A stretch of 64,000 nucleotides of DNA. It comes from a virus. The notes below the pieces were generated by a model that was not told where the DNA came from, did no database searches, and was given only the letters and a program-made list of their open reading frames with translations. Shown here piece by piece: positions 20,494-30,915 of this stretch (the first letter of the stretch is position 1; the number at the start of each line of letters is the position of its first letter). The DNA is taken from the IMG/VR virus record IMGVR_UViG_3300034104_005002, positions 97,055 to 161,054 of that record; one strand, 5' to 3'. Both the position numbers and the translations under genes were made by a program.

Positions 20494-22177
20494 TTAACAA
20501 TCACATTTGTCAAGAACCCGTTCAATTTGCCTTTTCAAAATTGATTTTCCGCAAACAATACCCATTGATTTTCTGCAAACAATACCCTCATTATAGATCA
20601 AGCAAAAAAGAGTCTTAAACGCATCAGAAGTTAGTAATTCATCTGAAAAATGTTCACCTGATTTCAAAACAAAAATCACGTCTCCAGATGGTATATCAAT
20701 GAACTCAACAAAACCATATGCTGAAATAACTTTAAGATTGTCAAAAGTTAGTTCCATAAAAAGTGATTCCTCAATCAACAAAGATAATTTAGCATGAAGT
20801 CTAAAATGAGTCAATAGTCCTTATGACGATTTTGTTATTGTCACATGGTCGCTTGACTTTTATTCTGACTTCCAGTAGAGTTGGTTTGTTCCGAAGATGC
20901 GGGAGCTATATTCTATATTAATTACTTTTTATTAATAATTTTATTGTATTCTTCAAGTGTAACATGTCCTTTAACAATAGGAAAATTACTACTGATTATC
21001 GCTTTTTTATTGTCGTCTCTTTCGACTGGTTCAAGTAGAATATGTCCAGGTATCCAATAAGGCCATTGGATTCTGTTATTATATGCTGTTCTAGATAATT
21101 TAGTATACTCCAACTTAGTACATTTTTGGGGTGAATGAATATACTGATTATCTCCAACCTTTTTATATGGCTGGGTAAAATGAATAATTTCAACATTAAG
21201 TGGTTCAGTATATTGTTCCAAAGAAATTTTAAACAGCTGACCAGTCCTATCCCATTTAGTCATAGACGGTATACGATACACCCAAATCTTTCCATTTTTA
21301 TCAGTATCTTTTTCTGTTGGCCATTTTTCGTCAATAGAAATGAGTTTCATAATAAAGAATAGTGAGTGGTTAGTGTGGATTTTAAACAATTGACCCTAGG
21401 ACTTGACAGGATCCATAATCAGTGATACAATACTGACCTCCTCGATCAAATCACCCTAAACTTTCTTTTAAGGTGATTTAACGCTTGTTTTCTTGCTTTT
21501 ATCTTGTTTTTAGAAATTCCCCGAGTTTTCTTTTTCTTCTCGGAGTTGTGTTGCCAATTGGGAGTGTTCATGACTTTTTAACTATTTAACAAGAAGAAAG
21601 TTATTCATTCCGTATGTAAATACTTTATTTCTATTATTTTTAAAAGTTAAAACAATATCATAAAGATCATCTAGATCTTCATCATCAAGATCCTCATGAA
21701 ACCACCCATAAATGTACATTTTTAGTTCATTATTATCTTCAAACAAAATATCCCTGATTTCATCAACTTCCCAAAATATAGAAATACCATACTCATCTAG
21801 CCTATGAGAAAGACTATTCATAAAACCCAAATTGCCCAGTTTTTCCACGGCTCCAATGAGCCAAATAGTTTTCTGTTCCTGAGTGGCCATGACGAAAATT
21901 GTTTAACTGGAATCAGTTTAAACGACAGTGATGGGTTGGGTGATTAGTGGTGGACAGTTCCTCAACCGACCCAGGTGATAATTCCCCTTTTCATCCACCC
22001 CTTTTTTGTGATTTTACAATCAGGAGTTTCAGGATCTCGATACCATCCATAAACGCCCTTTTCAATAAAACTTTGCCTCAATTCTCTAGAGAGTTGTTCT
22101 TGCTCAATTTCCTTAATCGCGGCCTTAATTTCTTTTTTATCCATTGTTTTGTGATGAATTTCAACGATTATAAACAA
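20494..22177 (-). other. short hypothetical ORFs (20494, 20922, 21582, 21962)
   Basis: ORF track, co-oriented. Confidence 0.5.
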
Positions 22178-22210
22178 AAAATGCCCCGTTGAAGGACATG
22201 AGTGGACAGT

Positions 22211-22579
22211 TTACCAATCGCCTACTGTAAATTTACCATTTTTAATCCATCCTTTTTGGCCTTCTTTATTGGTTGCTCTAATTCCTCTCCCTCTGGTTCT
22301 TTCTTTATACAGTTCGTCTGATGTTTTTTGTCTCCCGGCTTCTTTTTTTTCTTGTTCTTTCTTTCTTTGTTTTTGTAACCTTTCTTGATAGTCTGAATCA
22401 CCATAAGACTTGCTCATTCCAAGTTTTGGAGTTACGGCCTCAAGAAATTGTTTGTAGGTCTTCTTTGTATTTTGCCTCAGGTCCTCAACTTCCTTGCGGT
22501 TAAGGTCTAGGGTGCGGTCACCGGCCTCGGATCCGGCTTTTTTGATTGTTTTAATTATTTCTTGGGATCTTTGGGTCAT
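22211..22579 (-). CDS. basic late protein (possible virion internal protein)
   Basis: K/R-rich; coupled to 22576-22905. Confidence 0.55.
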   Translation of the reverse strand: MTQRSQEIIKTIKKAGSEAGDRTLDLNRKEVEDLRQNTKKTYKQFLEAVTPKLGMSKSYGDSDYQERLQKQRKKEQEKKEAGRQKTSDELYKERTRGRGIRATNKEGQKGWIKNGKFTVGDW

Positions 22580-22905
22580 TTTACTTCAAATGTCTGTCTG
22601 GTTACTTTTCTTTTTGTGGTTGGTTTGGAATTATCACCTAAAGTTACTCTAGGGGTGGATTGTCTATTTCCAGTGGAAGTAATTCCACGTTTACCTTCAT
22701 AAGGACCGCCTGGGCCATATAATCTCTGTTGAATTGTTTTAAGTGCTTCTTGATCTTTTTTGGGTAATGGTTGGCCCTGTGTATAGGAAAGTTTTTCGTC
22801 GATTGTGTCTAACCATTCGTCACTCATTGCCTCATAAATATGAATTGCGCTTTTTACATCAGATGCGAAACCTTCTTGCATCAAAAATAGAATAACTTCT
22901 TCCAT
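22576..22905 (-). CDS. late protein with cyanophage LxxEGxA...MSDEW domain (possible head-associated protein)
   Basis: VILFLMQEGFASD...YEAMSDEWLDTIDE; CTAAATA late promoter at about 22927. Confidence 0.55.
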   Translation of the reverse strand: MEEVILFLMQEGFASDVKSAIHIYEAMSDEWLDTIDEKLSYTQGQPLPKKDQEALKTIQQRLYGPGGPYEGKRGITSTGNRQSTPRVTLGDNSKPTTKRKVTRQTFEVK

Positions 22906-23329
22906 TAGATTGTAAGTATTTTCTACTATTTAGACAAAAAAAGAGGCCCTATGGGGCCTCAGAGTTTCAAACAAGAATTAATTGGCCCTTTACATTCATG
23001 GGCCGGAATATCTCAATCACCCATAATTCCAATAAGATCAAGAGAAACAATGATTGCGATTTTAATGTAAAGCATTAATCTGAAAAAGAAGAAAGCGGTG
23101 TAATTTGGCCAAATGGATTTCGTAAAAACTCTTTAATATCCAATTCTACACCATCAAGATTTGTGATCTTAATTTCTTCTATTTCTGCCCCATCTTGTGG
23201 CCGATAGTTATGAGTCAACTGCCAATAAAGATCAGAAATACCTAATGGGTCTCCAAGAACAGTCACATATTTAAATGGGTCATTTTTTCTGCTGTAAGAG
23301 AGTTTTAGCATTAATCTGTTGATTTATGA

Positions 23330-23608
23330 TCAGAAGTTAAAGGTGTTTCCGTTTGAGGTGATAGAAATTACACGATTGACATCAAAAGACCGCCAGGCTT
23401 TTTCACCTTGATCTTTTGCAATCTTAAAATCCCTCACGCGAATAATGTCAGGGTTGGTGGAATTAGTGCCGGTTCCTACAATTTCTTGGCGATCACGCGG
23501 GTTAAATTGGATCTTGCGGGATTCGCCGTTCTTTTTTACAAATTCTACAGAGATGATAGTGGAACCAGATTCCTTAAGAAATTCACGGATAGTTTCTGCG
23601 CGGTTCAT
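23330..23608 (-). CDS. WYL_2 / SH3-like small protein
   Basis: SVEFVKKNGESR...VRDF...AWRSFDVNRV. Confidence 0.6.
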   Translation of the reverse strand: MNRAETIREFLKESGSTIISVEFVKKNGESRKIQFNPRDRQEIVGTGTNSTNPDIIRVRDFKIAKDQGEKAWRSFDVNRVISITSNGNTFNF

Positions 23609-23707
23609 AATGAATAAAAGTTTGTTGGTGAATTCAGGGCTTTCCCCCTGATGAACCTATTATGCCAAGGGAAAGGGGGGCATGGAAGCCCCCAGTGGCC
23701 AGTTTGT

Positions 23708-24040
23708 TTATCGGCCCATCGCAGACCGAATCTTCATTTCAATCCGTTCATCGAGTTTGGCCAGGATATAGTTCTCAAGCTGAGAATCCAGACTATTTTT
23801 GATGTCAGTTGAAACCATTTCAGTCATTGCCGGAATCTGATAGCGTTTTAGATAATTAGTCATTCTCTTTGAGAATGGGTCAGACTTAAAGTATTCCTCG
23901 ACTGCATTATTCATCGAGGTTGTATCTGGTTTGGCGGTCTGAATTTCTTCATAAAGATAACGAAGAGCATTCAACAGATTAGAAAATTCGACCAGTTGAT
24001 CGTTCACGTTCACTAGAGCCGGGACAGTGGTTGTTTCCAT
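23708..24040 (-). CDS. helical hypothetical protein directly downstream of the E1 gene
   Basis: ORF track; 6 nt from the E1 stop. Confidence 0.6.
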   Translation of the reverse strand: METTTVPALVNVNDQLVEFSNLLNALRYLYEEIQTAKPDTTSMNNAVEEYFKSDPFSKRMTNYLKRYQIPAMTEMVSTDIKNSLDSQLENYILAKLDERIEMKIRSAMGR

Positions 24041-24046
24041 AATAAA

Positions 24047-24760
24047 TCAAGAAATAGAGGTGGACAGAGTGCGGCCATTAAAAAACATTCCGCTTTGTTG
24101 AGGATTAAGCACCCCATCAAGGAAGTTTTGAATCACCGAGAGAGTAATCGCGGCAGCAAAGAAATTTGCCGAGATCAATTGAGGCCTAGAAGGTGTACTC
24201 AGAGCACAGGATCCCTTTTCTGGGATGCTGTCAATAGGGTTACTGATGTTGGGATAAGCAATACTAGGATCCATTCCAACACGTTCACCATTACATTTAC
24301 CAAACCAAAGAGTCTGGCCCTGTACTGATTCCGTGCCGTCACTATTACCTGGGGTAATAAAGAAAAAATCTTTATCAGAACAGGTAGTAGAGATTGCCTT
24401 TAGAACATCATGTCGAGTTGCATCATTGTCAACAGAACAAACAATCAGAGGAGACTCTGCTCGCTCCAGAAGAGGAATGAAAGAAGTCATTGAAATAAAA
24501 TCTTCCTTGCAGTCAACATTTTCTAGACCTTGAAAGGCACAGAAGTCTACCATTGCGCGGGCCTTGTTCATGCCAATTTGTGATGGGCCTACAATTTGAC
24601 GAGTTTGGTTGTGCTCTTCAAATTCATCACCATCAATAAAAACTACTTTGGCGTTTTCTGTGGCCGGATGGTGCGCAACAAGACGGGCAATAGGTGATGC
24701 AAGATAGCCGCCAGTGCCACCTACTCCTACAATAAAAACGGTGTCAGGATTGAAATTCAT
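24047..24760 (-). CDS. ThiF/E1-like ubiquitin-activating enzyme (PRTRC-type)
   Basis: IVGVGGTGG, IDGDEFEEHNQTRQ, GMNKA, CSVDNDATR, GSC putative catalytic Cys, QLISANFFAA. Confidence 0.9.
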   Translation of the reverse strand: MNFNPDTVFIVGVGGTGGYLASPIARLVAHHPATENAKVVFIDGDEFEEHNQTRQIVGPSQIGMNKARAMVDFCAFQGLENVDCKEDFISMTSFIPLLERAESPLIVCSVDNDATRHDVLKAISTTCSDKDFFFITPGNSDGTESVQGQTLWFGKCNGERVGMDPSIAYPNISNPIDSIPEKGSCALSTPSRPQLISANFFAAAITLSVIQNFLDGVLNPQQSGMFFNGRTLSTSIS

Positions 24761-24829
24761 GATTTAAGGTGAACTACTTTGCAAGTATAAAGGAGAAATG
24801 GGAGTGAGAAGCGAGGAGATGGACAGTTT

Positions 24830-25870
24830 TCAGGCTGTCACAAAGGATTCATCTAGCTGGCCAATTAGGTATCCTTCAGAAGAAATATACCATTTGCGGC
24901 CCACCGCATCTTCTTGAGTAGTGTAACCAAAATAGACCGAATCTTCTTTTTGAATTGTAGAAGTTTTTGCTGGAATGATCATTACATGCGGAGCTTCTGG
25001 AATTGGAGTAAATCCGGCCATCAACATCGTAAAGAATGCCTGAACGTCCTGATCTGCATCAATCATAATCAGACAATCATAACCAGAACACAAGAATTTA
25101 TGATCCGATTTATGGTAATTACCACATTCTATAGAATCTTTTAGGGCATTGATATTTTCTGTAAATCTAGCGAGCCTAAGAAGATCATTATTGAAATTTG
25201 ACTGAAAGTAGGAACTAACAATTCCCCGAAGATTCGCCGGAGAACTCACTTGCCCCCAACAGATTTTTCCATATATGTATCCAGTTTCATCTCTCTGGTC
25301 TGAACTGTAAACATTTGCCGCAGCAAATGAAGATGTCTGATAAATTACACCCTCTTCATAATAACCGGCCCGGAGGTGGGCATTATCTCCTTGGTAAACT
25401 TTTTTAAAACGAGGTGGGGTTCCTTTATAATTCAGTTTAATATCAAAGACCATATTGGAAATGGAGATTTTCTTTTCCTCTTTGGGTTTAGATTCATGGC
25501 CTTCCATACAGTGTTGGCCTGTATAACCATCCCACCATACGTCACATTCTGTTTGATTTTCCCTGGCATTCCTAAAGAATTCTGTTGACTCGTTTTCATC
25601 ATAGCTGCCGTCTTCTGCAAACACATTTGGATATGTGGTTTTCAGGTATTGAGTGGTTCGTCGCGGGCAATACTGGCAGTGATTGCTATAAAAATCTTCA
25701 TATTCGTTATAATTTGGATCAACTTCGCCAAATTCAGAATAATTTTCAGGCATCCAGGCCCTAATTGTAAGGGCCTGGGAATCTACCCGATAGGAAATAA
25801 ATTCCGCTTCAGAGGGAAGCAAGTGAGTGTTTACTTTGGCCGGATTTGTGGGAAAAATAGGATTCATCAT
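24830..25870 (-). CDS. putative prokaryotic E2 (family D-like) with N-terminal Cys/His cluster
   Basis: ANVY...GKICWG...YFQSNFNNDL matches the E2-D / PRTRC-B signature; HCQYC...C...HC upstream. Confidence 0.7.
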   Translation of the reverse strand: MMNPIFPTNPAKVNTHLLPSEAEFISYRVDSQALTIRAWMPENYSEFGEVDPNYNEYEDFYSNHCQYCPRRTTQYLKTTYPNVFAEDGSYDENESTEFFRNARENQTECDVWWDGYTGQHCMEGHESKPKEEKKISISNMVFDIKLNYKGTPPRFKKVYQGDNAHLRAGYYEEGVIYQTSSFAAANVYSSDQRDETGYIYGKICWGQVSSPANLRGIVSSYFQSNFNNDLLRLARFTENINALKDSIECGNYHKSDHKFLCSGYDCLIMIDADQDVQAFFTMLMAGFTPIPEAPHVMIIPAKTSTIQKEDSVYFGYTTQEDAVGRKWYISSEGYLIGQLDESFVTA

Positions 25871-26817
25871 ACCTCCGCAAATTGGTGATCTTCGATGTAA
25901 ACAGAAAGCAAGGCCATAAGTTCTTCAATCTCTTCTGGGTTTCCTTTGTTTTGTTTTAGGAAATCCTCGATTACGTCTTCAATTTGATGGAGTTTAATAG
26001 ACTCTTTTTCAGGTGTTTGATAGCCCTGAAATTCATCCCAAAGCTCACTAAAATCTCCATTGATATTGTCCTTAAAACCAAATGGAGACTTGTAATTGTA
26101 ACCATTCCAATTGGTTCTTTGATTGGAGGAGTATTTGGTGACTACTGGTTTAGAATAATCAACATAATCAAGAACGTCTTCATGGAAAGTAAACCCTTCA
26201 AGTGGTTCGGTTTCAATAAGATCTTTATGGGGGATCTTAAAGCGCCGACCATTTGCCACAACAGAAGAAGCAATAGCGTAAGTCCGATCTTTGGCACTAA
26301 TGGATCCAACTACAATATGAATTCCAGGATCTCCCAGTTCATACTTATCATCGGTGCCCGAAAAGAAGGCTTGCATAGTGTTGTGGCTGTGGGAAGATCC
26401 AACAGGAATCCAGCCAATCGGAGGATAACTTGTAATGACTTCTCCAGTCTCAATGTCAATAGCATCATCAAATCTATCAACCCTCACAGATGTGGCAGAT
26501 ACTTTCTGTTTGGGAACAAGAATCCGATAAAGAGAGGGATCTTCTTCGCTGCGAAGAATACGAACCGAAACTTCTACATTAGAAGGAACTTTTTCAATAA
26601 AGTGAAAACAAAGCTGCACCCACCGTTGCCACAAATCCGCCGGGATTTTGTGAATGTCTTCATTAAGAGTGAATGATTCTAGATCTTCTTTGGAAATAAT
26701 TACGTTGGCATCTGGATCATCGGTGGGGCGAATGTACGTTCCCCAACCACCAGTATAAAGTTCAAAACATCCATGCTTGGCGGTTCGTAGAATCTTTGGG
26801 ATTTCTTGTGTTTCCAT
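25867..26817 (-). CDS. JAB/MPN metallo-isopeptidase (prokaryotic JAB)
   Basis: E...VPKQKVS...GSSHSHNTMQAFFSGTDD...IHIVVG (HxH-x7-S-x2-D). Confidence 0.88.
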   Translation of the reverse strand: METQEIPKILRTAKHGCFELYTGGWGTYIRPTDDPDANVIISKEDLESFTLNEDIHKIPADLWQRWVQLCFHFIEKVPSNVEVSVRILRSEEDPSLYRILVPKQKVSATSVRVDRFDDAIDIETGEVITSYPPIGWIPVGSSHSHNTMQAFFSGTDDKYELGDPGIHIVVGSISAKDRTYAIASSVVANGRRFKIPHKDLIETEPLEGFTFHEDVLDYVDYSKPVVTKYSSNQRTNWNGYNYKSPFGFKDNINGDFSELWDEFQGYQTPEKESIKLHQIEDVIEDFLKQNKGNPEEIEELMALLSVYIEDHQFAEV

Positions 26818-26837
26818 AATAAAGAGAAGAAGTTTAC

Positions 26838-26866
26838 AAAAAAGGCCCTTGTTTCAGGGCCTTTGT
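26838..26866 (-). terminator. intrinsic terminator between Ubl and JAB genes
   Basis: AAAGGCCCTGAAACAAGGGCCTTTTT on the minus strand. Confidence 0.65.
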
Positions 26867-27182
26867 GGTTTTTGGACTGTATCAGCCGATAGATTTTTGC
26901 TAACTTGCGTTAACAATGCACAAGTAATTACTTACTTGAGGGGCTATCTCCCAAAGCCTCAAGAATTCTTGAGACGCTGTTGTTTTTGTGTTTTAAGTAC
27001 CAACTAGCTTCCAGAGGGCTCAACTAGCCTGGATTTTGTTTATAGGATTTTTATAGTTAACTTGGCTCTCGTCAACTGTTGAATTTTACTTCAACAAATC
27101 TATTTAATAAAGTAAAAACCTATTGATTATAGGATTTTATTTGTTAGCTAATGTTTATTTTTGTTAATAAAACACTAACTGT

Positions 27183-27449
27183 TTATGAACCCTTGCTTTC
27201 GCTTGTGATAGCACCACGCACGGTTTCACCGGGCCGAGGCTGAGTGTCCGAAGGGACAGATTCGCCATTGATCACATAGGTAGTGATTCGGGCCACATCT
27301 ACACCAAGACTAGAGCCATATTCAGCAAAGAGTTGTGAAACAGACTTGCCGCGAGCATTTTCAAAAGGAACTTGCACGCTTTCGGTGTTCACGGTAAGGA
27401 CAACCGGAAGGCTGGTGTCCATGGTACGAACGTTTTGGAGAAATTGCAT
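27183..27449 (-). CDS. ubiquitin-like (beta-grasp) protein
   Basis: about 80 aa, GKSVSQLF...YVING...PRPGETV pattern, C-terminus SESKG-S; lies beside JAB/E2/E1. Confidence 0.75.
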   Translation of the reverse strand: MQFLQNVRTMDTSLPVVLTVNTESVQVPFENARGKSVSQLFAEYGSSLGVDVARITTYVINGESVPSDTQPRPGETVRGAITSESKGS

Positions 27450-27572
27450 AATAAAGTAAAAGAGGTAAACGACAGTTGGTTTGTTGTGGTGTGAGGTGTC
27501 CCCCTCACCGACCTTTATAAGATAACAGGGGCTGGAGGGCTTTTTGGCGCCCTTGGGCCAGTTTGAGGAGTG

Positions 27573-28044
27573 TCACATCGTCTTCCAATAATCAGGATTC
27601 TCTTCCACATAATTATTGAAAACTTCCAAACATTCTGCAACAGAGAATTCATGAATAGCAGATGTTTCGGAAAAAGAATTCCAATAAGGAGATTTTAGGT
27701 AAATCCAAATGCCATCATTGTTCCAACCACTTCTTTCATCTGAAATAAAATCCACCCTCGGATCATTCTTTATATTTTTTAAAGTTCTGGCTATTTTAAA
27801 CTTAGTCATAATTACCCCAGTTTTCTCTGACAAAAATAAGAAATTCTTCGATTTTTTTATCATTATAAAATGGATCTAGTTTTCTGTTTTCCACAATAAA
27901 ACAAACCAGATTTGGCTGTTTTTTAGAAAGAACATAAAGATAAATCTGCCCCCATCTCAATTGAGGATACCACGCATCGTACTCGTTTACTACATCCCTT
28001 AAATAGTGGTTAAATTCAGTCATTTTTAAGATTGATAAAGGCAT
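27573..28044 (-). other. two short hypothetical ORFs (27573-27863, 27802-28044)
   Basis: ORF track. Confidence 0.5.
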
Positions 28045-28567
28045 TGTTGTTTATTTTGTAGCATGAACCACGTTCACTGATGATAAAAATTTCAGGATTT
28101 CCTGTATAAGGATTGACATCAATTCGGTCAATAATGCCCTTATATATCCACTTTTTACACTTTAACCAAAGTTCTTTTCCAGAGATATTTCCTTTATAAT
28201 CAGTAAAACGAACTAGGCCAAGAGTGTTTCCTTTGTTAACATTACACTCTAAACACATTGTCTGATAGTTTTCCAATGTGTCCTTACCACCTAATGATTT
28301 GGGTTTAATATGATCAATAGTGATCTCCATATCATCTTCAGAGAGAATGCGCCAGAAAATTCTATTGTTATCTTTTAAATCCTTACACTTTTGTAGCCTG
28401 GACGCAGATCGTCCACATGAAACGCAAGTATGTCCAAGTTTTTTAAGAAGTTTAATTCTTTTGGCTGTTCCAAAAAATCTAGAAGAATAAATCTTTTCGG
28501 ACTGAATCACATCATCAAAAGAAAGTTCCTTAACTATTTGAATTTTAGGAGATTTCTTTTTTGGCAT
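28016..28567 (-). CDS. HNH endonuclease
   Basis: CVSCG...TIDHIKPKSLGGKDTLENYQTMCLECNVNKG. Confidence 0.88.
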   Translation of the reverse strand: MPKKKSPKIQIVKELSFDDVIQSEKIYSSRFFGTAKRIKLLKKLGHTCVSCGRSASRLQKCKDLKDNNRIFWRILSEDDMEITIDHIKPKSLGGKDTLENYQTMCLECNVNKGNTLGLVRFTDYKGNISGKELWLKCKKWIYKGIIDRIDVNPYTGNPEIFIISERGSCYKINNNAFINLKND

Positions 28568-28571
28568 TGTT

Positions 28572-28778
28572 TCAGAAAAGCAATTGGTTAAGAATCTGGT
28601 GCTTCAATGGTGTTGGGGTGTATGTATCCAATATAATCAGTTGAGAATATCTGGTTTCACTTACTTTCGCAAACATGTAGTCTTTCAGAGCCTTTCCTGA
28701 CATCCAAGAATCAAAATTGTGTATGTTCATGTATTCTGAGTTCTGTGGATTTTTGAGATCAACAACAAGAAGTTTCAT
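28572..28778 (-). CDS. hypothetical protein, KLLVVD paralog family
   Basis: similar to the 30513-30893 C-half and the 29504 N-half. Confidence 0.55.
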   Translation of the reverse strand: MKLLVVDLKNPQNSEYMNIHNFDSWMSGKALKDYMFAKVSETRYSQLIILDTYTPTPLKHQILNQLLF

Positions 28779-28857
28779 GGGATTGTTTAGATGTACTTAG
28801 TCATTATAAACAAAAAGGCCACCCGAGGGCGGCCTGAGTGGTCAGTTTGAGAATTGG

Positions 28858-29293
28858 TCACTTTGTAGTGACAAAATCCTTGTCAGAGAGTGAGAGAATA
28901 GGCGCCCCATTGATAAGAATTTTTTGGATACTACCATTCTTCATTGCCTCACGAAGAACCTCAAGTCGCTGATATTCCAGAGACTGGGAAGTTACAGTAG
29001 AAGCAAGTGCCTTATTTTCTTCTGCCTTGAGTTGTGCCGTTTCAGTCTTAACTTTCTGCTCTTTATTTGCCGATTGAGCAGCAACCACGCGATTCACAGA
29101 TGCGACCAAATCATCAGGAAGGTCTGCCTTTACCGCCACAACGGAATCAATTTTAATCTTTCCAGCAAGATTATTTTTCTCAAGAGCAAGATTTAGATTG
29201 GTTTTAATTGTATCTTGAATTCGATCAAGACTACTATTCACCTCAAGAGCCGCAAATTCATCAACGTCCAACAGAAAAAATTCTTGTAATCAT
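28858..29293 (-). pseudogene. N-terminally deleted SPFH/band-7-like gene
   Basis: only the C-terminal SPFH/coiled-coil part remains; upstream ATG at 29293 (MITRIFSVG) is out of frame. Confidence 0.5.
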
Positions 29294-29503
29294 AAATTAC
29301 TTACCAACAATCATAAAAAACAAAGTCAAACCGCCAAACATAAAAGTAATAATTGGAATAGATGGAGTGTTCTTATTTGCTTGAGCCAGAAAAATAAAGA
29401 ATACCAAACTAGCGTATTCAAATCCGGTGAGAGTCATAATTGTGGTTGAACTGAAAGTAGTATAGGCCATAAAGGCCGCCCTCGGGCGGCCTGAGTGGTC
29501 AGT

Positions 29504-29851
29504 TCATAAAGTGGCATACTTGTTTACAAGAAACTGAACATAATCATCAGAAGATTCCCCCAGATCTTTACCTTCAGGAATGACCTCCACATAATCACCG
29601 AATTCGGCTAATTGTTCCCCGGCAACGTCATTATCACAAATTACTATAATTGGCCTGATTAGCATTTTGAGCCAATTTTTATAATCTTTCGGTGTTCTTG
29701 GGTCGGTGTTTATTTGTTGGATAATTCCGGCCCGTTCGCTGTATGCAAATAGAGAATAGTCGGCCAATTTTTTACCTTCCATCCATTCTCCGACTTTGTA
29801 GGTTTCAATGTATTCTGGTTGTTTATTGAGGCCGATTGCAAGAAGTTTCAT
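29504..29851 (-). CDS. chimeric ORF: KLL-family N-terminus + Toprim C-terminal fragment
   Basis: PKDYKNWL...CDND.AG...KDLGE..DDYVQFLVN shared with 31277-31812. Confidence 0.65.
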   Translation of the reverse strand: MKLLAIGLNKQPEYIETYKVGEWMEGKKLADYSLFAYSERAGIIQQINTDPRTPKDYKNWLKMLIRPIIVICDNDVAGEQLAEFGDYVEVIPEGKDLGESSDDYVQFLVNKYATL

Positions 29852-29963
29852 TGTCTTGTTTGTTCTATTCCTACATTAGACAAAGCAACAGCAAATAAAA
29901 TTGTACCACCAGCCCCAAACATTGCGCCTAAGACAAAAACAATTGTGAATAGGGTTTTAGAAT

Positions 29964-30503
29964 TCATGGATTTGATTTAAGTGATTTCAGAAGTTTTGCA
30001 ATTTGTTCTTCGCTCATTTGAGAGAGCAATTGTTTGGCCTGTTCGATTTTGTAGTCATTAGGATTATCAAAGGTGGATTTGGTGTTGATTTCATATGCAC
30101 CTCTACCATAAATCTCCATAATATCTAGGTTGCCATTTCTAAGAGAATAGCCAGTTTTGGAATAAGAACACAAATTTCCAAGATACAGACCTTCATCAAG
30201 TTCTCCAACAAAGTATTCATCCATCCGAGTTTTAATCATCACGGTCTGACCCACAAAATCATCCAAATTGATGTTGGGCGCTTTTTGGGCGATACCACTT
30301 TCCTCAAATGGAGTCAGGATTTTAATAATTTTAGGTTTTGACATTCCTACTCCAGACTCATTAAACAACCAACCAGAAATTTTATAAGGATACACTATAT
30401 CTGAATAATGTGTATCCTTTTCAAGTGGTCCAGCTAATACAGATTGGTCACGAAGTTCAACGACGATGGTTTTACCAACGTATTGTGAAAGGTCGATAGT
30501 CAT
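29964..30503 (-). CDS. hypothetical protein with two internal IDL/INL..VG repeats
   Basis: paralog of 36676-37245. Confidence 0.65.
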   Translation of the reverse strand: MTIDLSQYVGKTIVVELRDQSVLAGPLEKDTHYSDIVYPYKISGWLFNESGVGMSKPKIIKILTPFEESGIAQKAPNINLDDFVGQTVMIKTRMDEYFVGELDEGLYLGNLCSYSKTGYSLRNGNLDIMEIYGRGAYEINTKSTFDNPNDYKIEQAKQLLSQMSEEQIAKLLKSLKSNP

Positions 30504-30512
30504 AAGATTGGA

Positions 30513-30893
30513 TTAGGAAAAGTTGTAAATTTGGTTTAGAACTTGGGATTGAATCTCGGTGTATTCAGAACTTGTCAGAACAATTTGTTGCGTTTTGTTG
30601 TCATCGCCAACGATAAACAAAAGATAGTCGGAAATTCTCCGACCCAAAAAGAAACTAGCAATCGTATTAGCATTACGATACATCGTTGAGCCAGGGTTCT
30701 GGATATCAACAACGAGTAGTTTTGTGTTTTCGGCCTTTTCTCGAATTTGATGCTTACGCAGTTCTGAATAGAGGTCGGAAGCACGGTCGGCCATAGTTTT
30801 ATTACCAGCATTGAAATACCTCCCCTGGAGAGACTCAATGCCACTAAGAATCATTTGGTACTTGTTGTCGGAAACTTCGATGGAGATGCTCAT
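30513..30893 (-). CDS. hypothetical protein
   Basis: ORF track. Confidence 0.6.
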   Translation of the reverse strand: MSISIEVSDNKYQMILSGIESLQGRYFNAGNKTMADRASDLYSELRKHQIREKAENTKLLVVDIQNPGSTMYRNANTIASFFLGRRISDYLLFIVGDDNKTQQIVLTSSEYTEIQSQVLNQIYNFS

Positions 30894-30915
30894 GGTAGGT
30901 TATGTTGTGAATTTG

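Noticed and set aside
24047-24760. ThiF/MoeB for thiamine or molybdopterin synthesis
   Set aside because: No thi/moa genes, no CxxC zinc motifs; neighbours are JAB, E2-like and Ubl
25984-26676. 230-aa + strand ORF and many other antisense ORFs in the track
   Set aside because: Shadows of minus-strand genes with recognisable motifs; no SD or domain signal
28858-29293. Functional SPFH protein
   Set aside because: Most of the domain is missing and the natural start is out of frame; treated as a remnant
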